Part shown: piece by piece, positions 61,606-64,000 of the stretch
Layout: the number at the start of each line of letters is the position of its first letter
Numbering within the stretch: position 1 is the stretch's first letter
Origin: Macrostomum lignano
Lineage: Eukaryota
Assembly: GCA_002269645.1 (NCBI GenBank)
Contig: NIVC01000376.1
Location: 620,001 to 684,000 of the forward strand
Direction of reading: 5' to 3'
Length of the DNA: 64,000 bases
Notes under the pieces: model-generated
Told to the model about the DNA's origin: nothing
What the model saw: the letters and a program-made list of their open reading frames with translations, nothing else
Database searches by the model: none
Position numbers and translations under genes: made by a program

Positions 61606-64000
61606 ATGACTTCCGTGGTTTTATTGGTCAGTTTCTTGGTGTGCCTGTTGACCACAGGCACGGCAGATGCTGGCTACCAGTACTGTATTGTGGGTGCAGG
61701 TCCCGCGGGACTCCAGCTGGCCCAACTAATGAAGGCGGCATCGAGCAGCTACGCGGTGCTCGAGCGGTCACCAATTGCTGGAAGCTTCTTCCAGAGCTAC
61801 CCTCGGCACGGCAAGCTGATTAGCATCAACAAGCGCTGGGTGGACAGCCGCAACACCGAGTACGCGATGCGTCACGACTGGAACAGCCTGCTGACGGAGG
61901 GCTCCGAGCCATTGCTGTTTCGCAGCTACAGTCAAGAGTTATTCCCTCCCAAAGAGGCAATGGTGGCCTATTTAAACGACTACTGGCGGGTGAACAACCT
62001 CAACGTCCACTTCAACACGACAGTAATTGACGTGACAAGATCCACTGATGGCAATGGCTTTCGCGTCTCTACTCGGCACGCTTCCGGCTCAAAGAAGATT
62101 TACAAGTGCGAGGTGATTGTCATGGCAACCGGACTGCCGAACCTGCGACCAGGCGAGTTTCCTGGTCACGAGTACACCGTAGGCTACGACTCGGTTTCGC
62201 TAAATCGTAGTGACTTCGATGGCAAGCGTCTTCTAATTATTGGCAAGGGCAACTCCGGCTTCGAGACTGCTCAGCATGTCTATGGCCAAACCCGCCTGAC
62301 CCACCTGGTTGGTCGGCAGCCAGTACGATTCGCTTGGAGCACTCATTACGTTGGCGACCTGCGAGCTGTCAACAATGAACTGTTGGACACGTATCAGCTG
62401 AAGTCGCTAGATGGACTGTTCGAGTTTGGTAAGCGCATGAATGCGTCGTTTAGACTAAATTATTGTAATAGTATGTGCCTGTGTTTAGCTCATGTTGCTG
62501 GGTTCACTACCTGAAAGAGAGCTAGAGTACCTGGGACGGAAGCGTTCGTAGACATAAGGATCGCATTCAAGATTAATTTTGACGCTTTCTTAATTGAACC
62601 GGACAAGCCGGAACCGGAGAAGCCTGAATAAAAAATATAACACCAAAAAACTGAGTAGCATTCAGAAAACACTCTTTTTCGGCTCATAGAGATGGCGTTT
62701 AGTCCGTTCAACAATTGACTTTGATTCTATTTACTAGTGTCAAGGGCTTCTGGTTATAATAAAATAAATTACTACATTATACCTCGTATTAATCAAAAAG
62801 TAGCTAAAAGCCATCCAGATACAGCTGGCCAAATTAGTTGCTACAATAATTTGGAATTTTCAGACTCCGTCAACATAATAAAGAACGCCAGAGGCGAGCT
62901 CTGCTTAGTCAATGACGACGAAGAAAAGCTGAAGAGTCCAGACTCCACCTGGGACACGGACTCTCGCCAGTACTGCTACGACTTGGCAGTGCGAGCCACC
63001 GGGTTCGTGTGGGACAGCAGGCCGACCGCTAAGCTGAACGTGACCTCCGTGTTCCGCGGTAAATATCCCCGAGTCGGGAACAACTTCGAGTCAGTTGACG
63101 CGCCCGGGATCTATTTTGCCGGGGCCGGGGTGCACAGTCTGGACTTTAGGCAGTCTGCCGGCGGTTTTGTCCACGGATTTCGCTACACCGCCAGGGCGCT
63201 GCAACGCCTGCTGCGGGTCAAGCACCAGGGGGAGCGATGGCCGGCGGCACTGGTTGACCGGCCGCTAGTCGGTCTGCTCGACGCTCTGGTTCGACGCATC
63301 AACGAAGGTTCCGGCACCTACCAGATGCTCAGCTTTCTGGGGGACATTGTACTGCTGAATCGGTGAGGTTTGCATGTGTGCAGGCAACTGGGGCTGGGCA
63401 AGAAAATTCACAGCCATGAGGGCCGACCCCCATGTAACAGAGAGTGTACATGCCTACCCGATTAGAAAGTCAGGGCCACTGTACACACTGTGTGAGTGTG
63501 GTTATGAGCGCATTCTAAGTACAGTATTGACGCGCGTCAATACTATGTGCTTAGGAATCAGTGAAATAGACAGAATTACCTCAGCGCTGGTTGTGAGACG
63601 ATTTCGTCGAAAGCGTTCCACCAGGGTGCCTGCAAACCTCCTGGAATTACCTCCTGGTAGTCTTGTTTCTGACATTTGCCAGTCTAATGTCGGACTGCAT
63701 GAACCAACACGCTTGACTTGGATTTCGTCCTCACATTGTACGTTAATCTATTACGAGGTAAATTTACTTGAAAGTTCGACAAACAATAGATAACAATCAG
63801 TCCATGCACTTCAGAGACCGGACGGCCTTCACACTGCTGGAGGAGGTGCCGGTTCGCCTGCTGAACAGCTTGCCGCAGGTCACCGGCCATCCCGCCGACG
63901 GTCCGGTGCTGGTCTTCGTGTTTGAATACGGACGCAACTTTTCCGGCCCGAGGGCGGACACGTTTCACGAGGACCGCGCTAGCTGCGAAATTCACAACGC
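61606..64000 (+). CDS. FOXRED2: FAD-dependent oxidoreductase FOXRED2 (ERFAD)-like; exons 61606-62428, 62864-63362, 63815->64000 (3' end outside window)
   Basis: Signal peptide, YCIVGAGPAGLQLA, YPRHGKLISINK, RHDWNSLL, GKGNSGFE, THYVGDLRAVNN.LLDTYQLKSLDG, AGGFVHGFRYTAR, EYGRNFSGP. Phase-consistent introns. Confidence 0.93.
63415..63630 (+). mobile_element. SINE family B copy in FOXRED2 intron 2
   Basis: GAGGGCCGACCCC...GTGTACATGCCT...AGGGCCACTGTAC...CTGTGTGAG matches ~950-1085 in reverse complement. Confidence 0.7.

Overview
Eukaryotic (metazoan) genomic DNA. The GC-rich compact exons, dense minisatellites and flatworm-type NPF/DEG-ENaC genes suggest a free-living flatworm such as Macrostomum, but this is inference. 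Seven spliced or intronless protein genes can be rebuilt by hand with frame-consistent GT-AG junctions: an orphan rhodopsin-class GPCR (-), a Quiver/Ly6 three-finger GPI protein (+), a complete Ror receptor tyrosine kinase (+, 7 exons, 951 aa), an NTE/PNPLA6-like patatin protein (-), an NPY/NPF precursor (-), a DEG/ENaC channel (-) and FOXRED2 (+, runs off the window). A ~28 kb gene-free stretch upstream of Ror holds about 20 unrelated mini/microsatellite arrays. Mobile elements: a young 5'-truncated RTE-type LINE with TSD, an RNase H LINE nested in a Tc1/IS630-like derivative, two SINE families and a near-perfect 249-bp inverted repeat. Most notable: (1) an intronless precursor encoding two tandem NPY/NPF-like amidated peptides, lying 1.3 kb from a peptide-gated-type DEG/ENaC gene; (2) an NTE-like protein whose catalytic Ser and oxyanion loop are lost (predicted pseudoenzyme); (3) a Ror with vertebrate-like pseudokinase substitutions. 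All analysis was by eye; no searches were run.
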